A stretch of DNA of 63,189 nt, filler included, from Rhabdomonas costata (lineage: Eukaryota): NCBI GenBank assembly GCA_019059605.1. It is 30 parts of 30 records of this genome, joined end to end, with 100 filler letters (N's around TTAATTAATTAA, not from the genome) between each part and the next. Parts side by side here need not be neighbours in the genome. Positions count along the whole stretch, not along the records: positions 10,555 to 12,565 come from JAHMHO010006454.1; positions 12,666 to 14,673 come from JAHMHO010006455.1; positions 14,774 to 16,783 come from JAHMHO010006456.1; positions 16,884 to 18,893 come from JAHMHO010006457.1; positions 18,994 to 21,004 come from JAHMHO010006458.1; positions 21,105 to 23,114 come from JAHMHO010006459.1; 24 more parts are not named here. One strand, written 5' to 3'. The notes below the pieces were generated by a model. The model was not told the origin of the DNA. It did no database searches and saw only the letters and a program-made list of their open reading frames with translations. How positions within the stretch are numbered: position 1 is the stretch's first letter; every line of letters begins with the position of its first letter. Of the stretch, positions 11,833 to 23,214 are shown piece after piece. The position numbers were made by a program, and so were the translations under genes.

Positions 11833-14800
11833 GTCTGAGGAATGGGCGCACACTTTCTCTCTGTTCTAGCATTTCCGCGGGGAAAGGACCATGGAAGATC
11901 ACATTCTAACTTCCTTCCAGGTGTTGTTTTTGTTGCCCACAAGGTGCACAGTTACTACAGAATAATGCCGGCGCAGCTCCTTCCTGACTAGGGCATATCA
12001 GTGAGAGTGGGGGGGAGAGAGCATTGGGAGCATCGGAAAACAGTCAGGCTCAGAAGTGGAGAAGCAAGCAGCGCACTTTCAGGGGCATATACCCCACACA
12101 CACCTCGTGCCAAACCCCCGTTGCGCAACCCTGTCGTGCAACCCGGAACGAGTCAGATGGCTTATGGCTTCCGCAAATTCCGACCTTGGAAATTATAACC
12201 CAGCCTCGCCCTCAGATAGAGAAGTTCGTCTTTGCCGTCTGTCGAGAAAATGCAAAACAGGACGGCTAGGGGCTTCTGTACTGGGCCCTAGGGGAGCCTT
12301 GGAGGGACCCCATAGTCCATCCAGCACAGTTTCTGGACATGCCGCCAACTATGCAACTATGCAAATGTCTTTCTTCCTTTCCACAAAAAGCATAACTCCC
12401 CCGCGTCTTGGTGTCTGTTTCACTTGGGAGTTTTGTCATTTCGGTATGATTTTTTAATTACCGACTTTTCTTTTGTTTCTCTTGGCTCTCTCCATCAGCT
12501 TAGAGTACAATACCCCTTGAGCTTGCGGGTGCCTGTCAAGCCAGTCAGAGAAAAGCCCAAAACCCNNNNNNNNNNNNNNNNNNNNNNNNNNNNNNNNNNN
12601 NNNNNNNNNTTAATTAATTAANNNNNNNNNNNNNNNNNNNNNNNNNNNNNNNNNNNNNNNNNNNNTGTTGTTGTGCTGACTGCTTTCCACGAGGGCCCCC
12701 CTCGGGAGGTTTTCTCCGTGAGCTTCCGGTTTGCCCCGGATTGGCAGCCCACTCGGGTGGCAGTGCCCCTCTCCGCACTTCTGATGGAAGAGGCGTGTTT
12801 TGCTGGAGCAGGCCTGTGTTTTGGTTGTTTGTGTCGTGTTTTCGGATGGAGCCATTGAGGCACCCACTCCACCGCCTGTGGAATCCAAACAACATGACTT
12901 TTGCCAAAGTGAAGGTTTTTATGCAGAGGCACTAGACGCGAAGACGTGGTGTGTGTTTTGTGTGTGCGTGTGGCCTGCACAGTAGTTTCGAATGAATGCC
13001 TGGCCTTTTGCTTCTTGGACGGCAGTAATTGTCATTGGTTGCCATGGACTGTCGATGAGGATGGGACATTGCGCACTCTTGTACTTGCTTTCCCCTGCAG
13101 TGCCACGGAACCAATTTCATGGACCTGTTTTTGCAACCCCCGCAAGTTAGTTTTGAAACATTTCTTGGCGGGGGGGGCATTTTCGGTTGGAAATGCCGTG
13201 AATCGAAAGACTTCTGAGTTTTGCAGTTGCGTGCATACTACGGACCTTCACCAGTCACTGGTGATTTTTTTGTACTCCTTTGCACTTCGACCTGCTTCAT
13301 TAGATGACAGCTGGCAGAGCTTACAAAATGGTTTGTTTTAAGACCGCACAATCATGGAGGAAATGCTCGCTGCTGCCATTCGTGCCATCCGCCCATATTT
13401 CCTGACTATCTGCGGCTCGCTCTTGCCCAGCCGGGAAACGGAAGTTGGCGAAGGGAAACCGGAGATTTTCCCAGAGATCATCTTTAGCTCTTTGCACTTC
13501 GAGCTACCTCATCAGATGGCAAACGGCAGAGCAAACAAAATAGCTCGTTTAAAGAGCGCACTGCCGCTGGTGCCAGCAAGGGGGAAAGTATGCAACGGGG
13601 TGAAGTGAGGAAGAGAGGAAAGAAGTATCCCCTTGCTGATCTCTGCCGTCCACTCGTATTTCCCGAATATTCTTCGTTCGTTTAGGATGTCTCGCGGTGG
13701 ACTATGCCGGAGGGTCGAGTGAATTGCTCTGGGCTGATCTCTGTGCCTTCTCGAGTGCAGGTCACCAATGCGGACAACATTGCTGGGAGCACTGGCGTGA
13801 CCACTGTGTTGGACTGTGGGCAAGGCGACTGAACTGTGTTGTATATCCACTCCCTCTAAAGGTAATGATGGGGGAGAAATTTTCATGGTTTTGGTTTTGC
13901 TTTCTGTTTTCTGTGTTCTGGAACCGGAGCAATCCATATGATGGCTACCCCATCCTTTCATAGATTTTTCCTTCCACCCCACAGCACATCTCTTTACTTA
14001 GTATGCAAGCAGGTGTGTGTGTGTGAGTGAAACTCAAGTTTTTCACTCATTTTACTCGTTTTTTCTTTTGCTGCATTTGGCACGACCATGTGGTTTGTCG
14101 GCCCATATGCAACGAGTGGCGCTCATCGTACAGAACCTGTGGATGTTGTGCGGCCCCCCCCTCCTCCGGGGACCCCAGAAATCCCAGCACACATAACATA
14201 CATACGTACTTGATGAGCTCAATCCCATTGACTGTAGTGCTGTGCAGTGATGAACCGAGTATTCATTTGGTAGCCTTTGAGGTGGCTTTTCAGCCCAAAC
14301 TGACTTTTTTCCCGGAACGAAAGGGTGGTCGGAGGATGGCTGCACTTTAGATGCTTAGATGCAGTTTAGATGCTTAGATGAAGGGATAACAAAGAAATGC
14401 AACTTCGGCTGCATGGGAATACCACCGCAGCCAACGTTTTGGATTTTATTGGGTGACTGAAAATATTTGCCTTGTGGCAGAATGCGAGGTGAAGTGTCTT
14501 GGACGAACGAGCACCAAAAATTTGGTCGTAGGGAACCCCTTAACCGCTGGATATTGTGCTTATTTTCGCCCTTTGAAGTCTTAAGGCCGCGGGGCGGAGG
14601 GTTCGGTTAGTTCGCATTGTGTGCATTTTATTGCCCTTGGAAAATGAGCAGAATCACTTGGAAGAACCAGCAANNNNNNNNNNNNNNNNNNNNNNNNNNN
14701 NNNNNNNNNNNNNNNNNTTAATTAATTAANNNNNNNNNNNNNNNNNNNNNNNNNNNNNNNNNNNNNNNNNNNNTGTGGTGTTTCCGATGGCTTGGGGATG

Positions 14801-15129
14801 CGGGCGAGGGAGGGGGGTACTGGAGAAGAGAGAACTGGAGGACTACTTTTTTACTGCCCCATAATTTTTCCGGGTTATGTTGTTTTCTGTCGTGATGTCT
14901 TCGAGCCTGCTTTCCTTTATGCTGCGCGTGTCCCAAGAAATTTGGTGCAACTCACTTTGATCACCCTGGATCATACGTGGTTCCGCAGGAACCCATCAAA
15001 ATTTGTAAATCACAGCATTAGGGGTAGCCCACCGGCCGGGCATCACCATCCTCCCCATGGAGCTGTCAAGTGAGAAAAAAGGACGCAGCCTGCTGCAGTG
15101 CACCCGCCGAAAGCGAAGCCAAGCAATAC

Positions 15130-16072
15130 CTGGATCGGGCACTTGTCGCGAAGAGAGCGATGATGAAAGCGCCTGAAGCCTGCGACATCCAAAGAAAAGC
15201 AGCCGAAGAGTAAATGGGAAATCCCATGGTGAGAGGCGGAGAGTCCGGGAGAAGTGTATTTGTACGCGTACGTGAGAGGCTTCGCTTTGTGAACTCCAGT
15301 CTCTGTTTCACCGATGAACAAAAACCAGAAGGAAGAAGAAGCAAGAAGAGCAAAGGCACTCATTTGCCCCTCCAATTCATGTCATTCGTCATCCACCCAC
15401 CTGCTGCAGAACGCCAATTGATCGGAAATAGAAAAATGGACTAACCACCAGGGAGCTGAACTGAGCTTCTAATCGACCAGAACATGGTGCCAGTGTTCCC
15501 CTTTTCCCCTGAAAACGCCCAGAATAAAAAGCATTATTTGCTGAGGTACTACGAAGTGACCAACTGATTTTTTCACTTGACCAATTATTAATTGTTTTAC
15601 CGTTTTTTTCAAAAAAAAAACACGCGAAGATAAATGTTTGAGGGCCTAAGCCGAAGTAGGCCTGAGGTCTTTTGTATATACAGCAAGCCTCCCGAAACGC
15701 TGCGTGGCGGGTCCTTGGGGTTAGAAGTTTCTGACCTTTCACCCTCTTTGGCCGGTTGTCCATAAATCTTCCATTTTACCCCCACCCCACTATCAGGACT
15801 AGACACAAAATAACGAATCATGCGAGCACCCGTCCCACACCCCCTTCACGGAGCTTCTGGAGGTAGTCCGCCGCCTTGTGGACAATGCCGTAGCAGCGCG
15901 TGATTTCCGCAAGAGTGGGCTCCGTGAGCATGTTGACCCCATGGTGGAATTCACGGATCATCTTGAGGTGCTTCATCATGTCATCCAGGATGTCATTCAT
16001 GTTCATGCTGACCTTCACCGTCGTGGTTTTCATCTCGTGCTCGGAATTCATTTGCAGCGGGAGAGTGGGGAG
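15130..16072 (-). CDS. Internal exons of an unidentified helical protein
   Basis: GC3-rich exon 16072-15841 (LPTLPLQMNSEHEMKTTTVKVSMNMNDILDDMMKHLK...LQKLREG) joins in phase 1 to exon 15179-15130 (GFRRFHHRSLRDKCPIQ), with AG/GT borders. Confidence 0.55.
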
Positions 16073-19000
16073 CTTCAAGACTTTAACACAATCTCCTCAA
16101 AACTCAAAATAAAGTGTCAAAAACAGCGAGGCACGAAGTGAACCTGTGTTTTGTGAAGAAGATAAATAAAATGAGAAGTCCGTCACCCAGTATCACGATA
16201 CCAATATGGGTTTCAAACTCTCCCTCCCCTTCAAAACTTTTATCTCCGTGCCTTGCGAAGATCTGCCAAGACTACACCAAAATGGAAGCGGAGATCAAAT
16301 AATTAATTTCAGAAGAATTTCAGATGCGCGGGAGTTCACTGAGCTATGCATGTGCAGGCTTGCACTGATAATGTTCCCTTTTCTTCTTTTTTCTCGCCTT
16401 GCGGGACGAAAGAGTAACCCCCACAAAAAAAAGTTGGTAGACCATGGGGATTTGAACTGTGCCGCATTTATTGACTTTGACACTTAGCCGTGTGCTACGT
16501 CAGGCACACAATGAGGTCCAATCCAGGCACAGTCAAATCATCGAACGGGCTTATGACACCACATGGAGTGCGCTCGTACGTGGGTACTAAGTTGTGCTGG
16601 TGGTGGCAGTGCTTGCGCTGGAAACCGCTTCAGCCTTCGGTACGACGGGGAGAGAACCCGCAGCCTCAGGAATCCCATAAGACAGCGAGCCCGAGGCCAT
16701 CCCCGCAGTGCAGAACGGGCCTGAAAACGTCACACCAACCAGAAAAAAAAACACCCACAAATTTGTGGGGAGTCCCCAAAAACNNNNNNNNNNNNNNNNN
16801 NNNNNNNNNNNNNNNNNNNNNNNNNNNTTAATTAATTAANNNNNNNNNNNNNNNNNNNNNNNNNNNNNNNNNNNNNNNNNNNNGCAGGGGGGAGCGTAGC
16901 TGAAGTACCCCGGGCCACCCGTGAACTTGGCCAGAGAGGGAACCTGTAAAAGAGGGGGCAATGCTCGAACCCGCAACCCGGGATGTCTGCGACGGGCTCA
17001 AGTGCAGTAGAGGGCCGGTGATTGCATTGGAGGGCAAGCGAACAAAGTCACTGGGGCTTAAGCCGAAGCACAGGAAACGGCTGTGCGCCGGTCCTTGCAC
17101 TTCAGGCCAGTCACTTCCACTGTTGGCGGCTCAAGTGTGTTGTGCACTCTTGGAGTGCCAGTGATGATTCCTGAGATTTTGAGTCATACAAAATAACTGT
17201 AAATTGCACTTCCTAAAACCAGCACAACAGAAAACATTAAAAGCAAAAAAAAAAATACAATTGAGGTTCACCACTGGCCCTCGGCCCCAATGCTACTTTC
17301 TTTGCCGTGCAATGGGAAGAAAAGTAAGAGCGAAGGCAGGGGCGAGACAGCCAAACAGGACGAGTGCCAAAAAAAAACACGAATGAGTAAACCGACGCAA
17401 GCAGGCGGTGCAGAGCTGGTGGACGGGGACAAACTATCCCCCAGATCCCCCCCAGCAGAAAAACCAAAGCGTCGCCATTTCAGTCGAAGTGGCTGGAGGG
17501 TGACGGAGGGTGACCCAGTCATGGGGACAATTGTTTTTTTTTGGGGGGGGGGCGCTAAACGTTTTGGACTTTTTGGATCGATTGGGGAACAATTCGTTTG
17601 GGGGCGGAGACCAGCCCACGGCGCGGCTGGGGCGGACGCATCAGGCGGCGACGTGCCATGGGGAGGTCTTGCAAAATTGTTGACTTTTACAGTATAACGG
17701 TGTTATACTGCCAAGATTTAACGCCCCTCCCTTTCCCCTCATTACAGCAGCCCCCAGCCATCTGCAGAGAGCGACCAGTACCCCTACCGGCAGCACCTCA
17801 ACCGCCCTTTTTCCCCGTTAGAGCCATATACAATGCGACATCAACCCTACAACACAGATGAATCTCCAGCGTCCAAGGCCAAAAGAGGTGCTAAAGCACT
17901 GAAAATATCAAATGCGGGTGTCATTGTCACAGCGTCCAGCGTAAGTGGAAAGCTTCAGTCAGGCAAAAATTGAGCAAGTGGTGGACCACAAATCGCAATA
18001 TCTGCCGTATCCGATATCCTGGCTTTTGGAGCCAATACAACATCGGTAAGCGAATAATCGGGCTGCTGCAGCGCTTGGCACACCAACGGTGGTGTGCAGA
18101 CAGCCCTGGGAGTCGTACCGGCCCATCCGAAACAGCAGGGAGGTCCCCTTAGGCAGCAGCGGAAATGCCTGCTGAACCATTCCCAGCAGCGCCATCAAGT
18201 GAGCAACTCGACCATCGGAAGTCATCGTGCCAACGCTCAACCCGCCTTTCACCGTCGCTCACCCAACCTTTCCTCTCGCCTCGCCTAACACAAAGACATT
18301 CCGCGGAATACAAGCGTCCCACGGCACTGACAAAAGGGAAAAAAATGCCCAATGGTCCGTCATTCGCCTCCGATGAACACGAAAGCATACCATTTGCAAT
18401 ATGTTCCTGTAATCTTTCCCAGGTTGTCAATTTTACTTCGATCCAGATGAAAGAAAAATTCCCAACGACGAGCCTTCGGCAGGACAAGGGCTGGTCAAAC
18501 CGCTTCTCAGATATTTTCTGCTCCTCCGTAAAATCTTGTACCTATCAAGATATCACCCGAAAGCCATCTCCACGCTTCAGATCTCAGCCCGCCTGTACCC
18601 CACTGTCGTCCCTAGATGGCCGGCACCAGCCCACACACCCAGCGAGTTTGCAAGCAAACATTGCAACACTTAGCAGAACGTGCATGTTGTCGCCACTGAC
18701 CCAACTCAAGTATTGACCAGGACTTACCCGCAAGTTCACTGGCAAAGAGGGAAATCGGTTGGCCCACGCTCCTAGCGAGTCACCCCTTGCGGGTTCCACC
18801 GTGCCTCGGAGTGGGGGCGGGCGAGGGCACCACTATCCCCGCCGCGGCAGCCGCGCCGGCACCCCCTCGCGAGACCCCTTGCAGGGCGGCCAGNNNNNNN
18901 NNNNNNNNNNNNNNNNNNNNNNNNNNNNNNNNNNNNNTTAATTAATTAANNNNNNNNNNNNNNNNNNNNNNNNNNNNNNNNNNNNNNNNNNNNGTTTGTG

Positions 19001-20547
19001 GGGCAACAGGGACAGCACACCTTTCTAACACTTCTGGTGGTTCATTTCTTGTGCCCGTTGTGCGCAACGCGAACAAAAAGACGCTGGGAACAACCAGTGA
19101 ACATGTTACTTGTGGCGGCACCACTCAGCGGAAAAGACGAGTAAGTGTGGAGAAGCGAGAAATTCACAGCTCGAGAAGAGGAAGAAAGGGTCATGTCCTT
19201 GGAGAAGAGAAAATGGAAGTGTCAGAAAGTCCACAGCTTGTGTAAAAGAAAAGAGTGATGCAGAAAAATAAACAACAAAAAGCGAATAAGGACACCAAAA
19301 TACTCACCAACGCCCTGCATGGGACGGGTACATACTCAATTAGCTCATCATGAGCAAGCGCGGGACTAATGAACTAACGTGGCCACGAAACCTGCAGGAT
19401 ACCAAGTGACAAGTCCACGCTCCAGACTTTAGGGATATAAAAGAAGAGGTGCCTTGGCAAGCAAACATTCCATTTGCCTCATCATCAAAAGTGTGTGGAA
19501 TGGCACTGTTGGCTTGGAATGGGGCAGGGTTGAAGAAAATTATCTCCCGTGTATTTTTCTGAACGGGATTGGGAAGAAGAAGGTTCGAAACTCGTGGCAG
19601 ACGCTGACTTGCGTTTTGGGAATGATAAACGTTACCGCCCGAAGCGCGGTATGTCGAACTTTGAACGTCCGCCTGTGCTACCGGGGGCACCCGATACCTT
19701 AAAGGGGCAAGCCACATCCTCCAAATTATTCCACCAATTCTCACAAAAAAAATACCGCAGTAATAATCAGCAAAATGACCCAAAGCGGCGCCAGAAACCA
19801 CGTTTGCGGAAGGTTCTATTGGAACTGGAGGTAAGCATTCTGGTTCCGTCAATGGGGAAAGCTCATGCTGGTCCGCCCTGTGCCCCATTCCACTGAAAGG
19901 AAAACACAACAAGAGGAGAGAAAAGAGACATCAAACCTTCAACACTTCACTACCCGGAGATGACTTAAAACCATCAACAGCCAGCCTTCAGGCCACAGGC
20001 ACACAAAGGCCCCATCCATCAAGTTGTCCCATTTAGCCTTGCCTAGCTTCCACAGCCCCATACTCACTGTGTGTGCGTGCGTGCGTGTGGGTGGTTCCCA
20101 TAGCCAGGCCAACTTCAGTGGTTTCGAACGTGGGCCGATAGGGCGCATAGATCTGAATACAGGGGTCACCTCCCGCAGACCACAACCTTCCAATTCAGTC
20201 CTGGCAAGGGGACTGTCACACAGCATCCCCACACGTGTGGGGGGTCCCGCACAACTTCCGGGCATGGCATGATGGCAGTATACTGTGACGGCGATGGATA
20301 CGTTTGCTGTGCTCTGCTCTGCTTCACAAGAGAATGGCAGCCTCCCCTCACCGAGGCTCCAAAAGCTGTAATTATTCGCAGATAAACGAAACAAAATCAG
20401 ATGCAGATATTCATGACACTTTCACTCATACCAGTAGCTTGGTTGTGAATACTAAAACACGTCCAAAGGGAACGACGACAACAAAGACCACTTACAACAC
20501 TTACTGTTTCTACGGCTAATCCTAATGCACTGTGGCGTTGCCCACAC

Positions 20548-20773
20548 CTGATCTCCGACCGCGAGGACTCGACGGCTGGCGCCTCCGTCGGGAACACAGT
20601 CCGCACAGCCTCGAAGTTTTCTGCCAGTGTTCGCAGTGCGTGCAGCCTCAGCGAAAGCGAGGGCAGGACCTGCTCTGGCTGCAGCAACGCTGCGAGATCC
20701 AGGTCCACAGGCCCAGGTGCAGGGTCCGTAGAGGTGGCCACAGAGCGTCTGGCCAGCTCCGTTTCCTCGCGCA
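20548..20773 (-). CDS. Internal exon of an unidentified protein
   Basis: CTGCAG acceptor and GTGTGG donor bound a GC3-rich open frame: REETELARRSVATSTDPAPGPVDLDLAALLQPEQVLPSLSLRLHALRTLAENFEAVRTVF... Confidence 0.45.
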
Positions 20774-22018
20774 CTGCAGCAGCCAAAGGCATCCTTGAGG
20801 ACCGAGAATACTCCGAGAAGTCCGCAATCGCAGTTCGCGGGGAAGGGCGGAAGCAGCCCGATGCTGAGCGGCAGATCGCAAAGTGAAAATCGTCTAAAGC
20901 AGATATCCTCAGTAGTCCAAAACCGCAACGAATGGTCATTCCATTGGACAGAGGAGTGTGCACCGATGTACACACCATGTTGCACTGGACTCACACCCAC
21001 AACCNNNNNNNNNNNNNNNNNNNNNNNNNNNNNNNNNNNNNNNNNNNNTTAATTAATTAANNNNNNNNNNNNNNNNNNNNNNNNNNNNNNNNNNNNNNNN
21101 NNNNGGTTGTGTTGCCTTTCATGTTGGTCAGTATTGGTGGTAGGAACTCATTCCTTGCCTGGATTTATGGATTTAGCCAACAAAAGGGATTCGGTTAGTT
21201 TAGGGGCGCAAGCCAGCCCCCCCCCCCCAAAAAAAAAATACACCGGACCCCCAAACGAGGGGACTGAGGTAAGGGACGCGTGCATTGCCAGGGGGAGGAT
21301 CGCACACCGGCATTAAGCCGGATCTGTCTCTGCTGCTCTGCGTTGGGTTGTAGCGGGTTCCGGTGTCTTGCTTTTCGCACCAGGTCGCCCCGCTGGAGCT
21401 TGGGGTGCACTCCCCGCACTACAGTCGCCCGCCCAGCGGGGGCACTGTAGGACCATCCCCAGTCATGGCCTCCCCGCCTCGCCACGATGGCACCAGGTGA
21501 TATTCTTGGGGGAGGGGGCTGACACATGCCGTCAAGGAACCCTTCGTTGCGTGGATTGAGAAGTGGCGCAGAAGCTTGAAAGAAGTGCTGCCACCCAGCA
21601 TTCATGCCGACCGAGGGTGAAGGACCTACCGCTAATTGGTAAAAGACTTCTTCGTCCTTCCAGCTTTTGAACTTCGGTCGCTTTCTCCCAGAAGCTGTTT
21701 TGTTTTTTGATTGTGGTGCTCAAGAATGCGAAGGACGCGCTCAGTGGTTGAGCATATTTGTGTGGTGAGTACAGGCGATGACTGCTAGCTGCTAATGAAG
21801 TGTTCTAAGAGGAAGGGAAGGCACGTTTTTTCATCTCCGCTCCAATCTTTGAAACCAGATCGCTGGTCGCTGTCACCTTGCTAGGTGCTCTCTGAATTCT
21901 CGCCGCCCTTTTTTGAATCGCGATCCTAGTTTTCTTGTGCTTTTCACTGCAAGGGTTAGCCTTCCCCGCTTCCCCTGGCAAGCATTTCTATTCCCCTTCC
22001 TCTGTCCATGGCTCTTAG

Positions 22019-23103
22019 GGCGCCTCCGGCCGTGTGCCCCTGGCTGCGGGATTCGCGCACTTCTCCGACTCCGCCTGTGCATTGCTGGCCGGGCCCACTT
22101 TCGCGGCAGAGGCGATGGCCCCGAGCGATGTGCTTGACCCGCCACGGCCTCCACGCTGTTTCACCAGTCCGCTCTGCACGGCATGGCGTACGCCACCATC
22201 GCCCTCCTGGAACACAAGGGCGATGTCAGCGCGAAGGTGTGTTGTTGTGATAATGTGATGGCGGATGAGTGGAGTCTACTTTTGTTTATGTGGAACTTTT
22301 GCTGTGAAAAAAAGGCAAGAACTTCTTAGGGCCCCTGTCTCTACAAGAAGCCACAACCTTGCGCTGATGGTATTCTGGAGAAACGTGCACCGCTATGTGT
22401 ATGAAGCGGTGCAGTCCCCCAAAAAGGAACAGTGCTTTTGCGTCTTACGTTCTCATTGGCATAGTTTCTTAGTTCTGTGGGTTCATTCTGTGGAGTGTTT
22501 TGCGTTGCCATTCAATGGTATTGGTGTTGACTCGGATGGGAAGTGGAAGTTCTTTTGAACAACCTTCCTCCGACTGCTTGCTGCCTTTTGCTCTAACCGA
22601 TGCATAAAGTAATGCATCGTGTCAAATAAAAGCTCAAGTTGCGTGCAGAACTTCGATTCGCATCCCCACCCCCCCTCGGGCCTATGCTGGCGTATCATCT
22701 TTTCCTTGTTTGGCAACACACACTGATCAGTTTCATGGAGTAATCCCCCGTTCTTTGCACTAAATGCGTAGATGCACCGGCTTTGTCTGTGCCTGTCTGC
22801 ATTCCTTCCAAGGTTGAGCGCCCCCCTCCTCCAAAGTGAAAATGTCCCTAGATATGCGTGTGCGTCACTATAAGAGACCATTTTGTGTGATTGGGTACTG
22901 CCCCAGTCATAGCCCACGCCGATTCCAGGTTTGCACCGTTTATGTATTATTTTTTGTTTTTTCAGGACTCTTCGGGGCGTACCCCCTGCGACATTGCGAT
23001 GGAGCAGGCAAAAAAACTGTTGAAGTGGCGGAACGCTCCCCCGGCGATTGCTGAGATGGTGAAGGCCCTTCGGGAGTCGGGGGTGGCGTTGTACGCCGTG
23101 CAG
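22019..23103 (+). CDS. Ankyrin-repeat protein fragment with a frame break near 22137
   Basis: The exon ending at 22236 joins 22966-23103 to give TLFHQSALHGMAYATIALLEHKGDVSAK|DSSGRTPCDIA, a clear ankyrin repeat. An in-frame TGA lies at 22135-22137 upstream in the same apparent exon. Confidence 0.6.
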
Positions 23104-23214
23104 GTCACCCTCACNNNNNNNNNNNNNNNNNNNNNNNNNNNNNNNNNNNNNNNNNNNNTTAATTAATTAANNNNNNNNNNNNNNNNNNNNNNNNNNNNNN
23201 NNNNNNNNNNNNNN

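Noticed and set aside
22135-22137. Selenocysteine or genome-wide TGA=Trp recoding
   Set aside because: The frame upstream of this TGA is Arg-rich and looks off-frame, and TGA is the normal stop of three other genes here.
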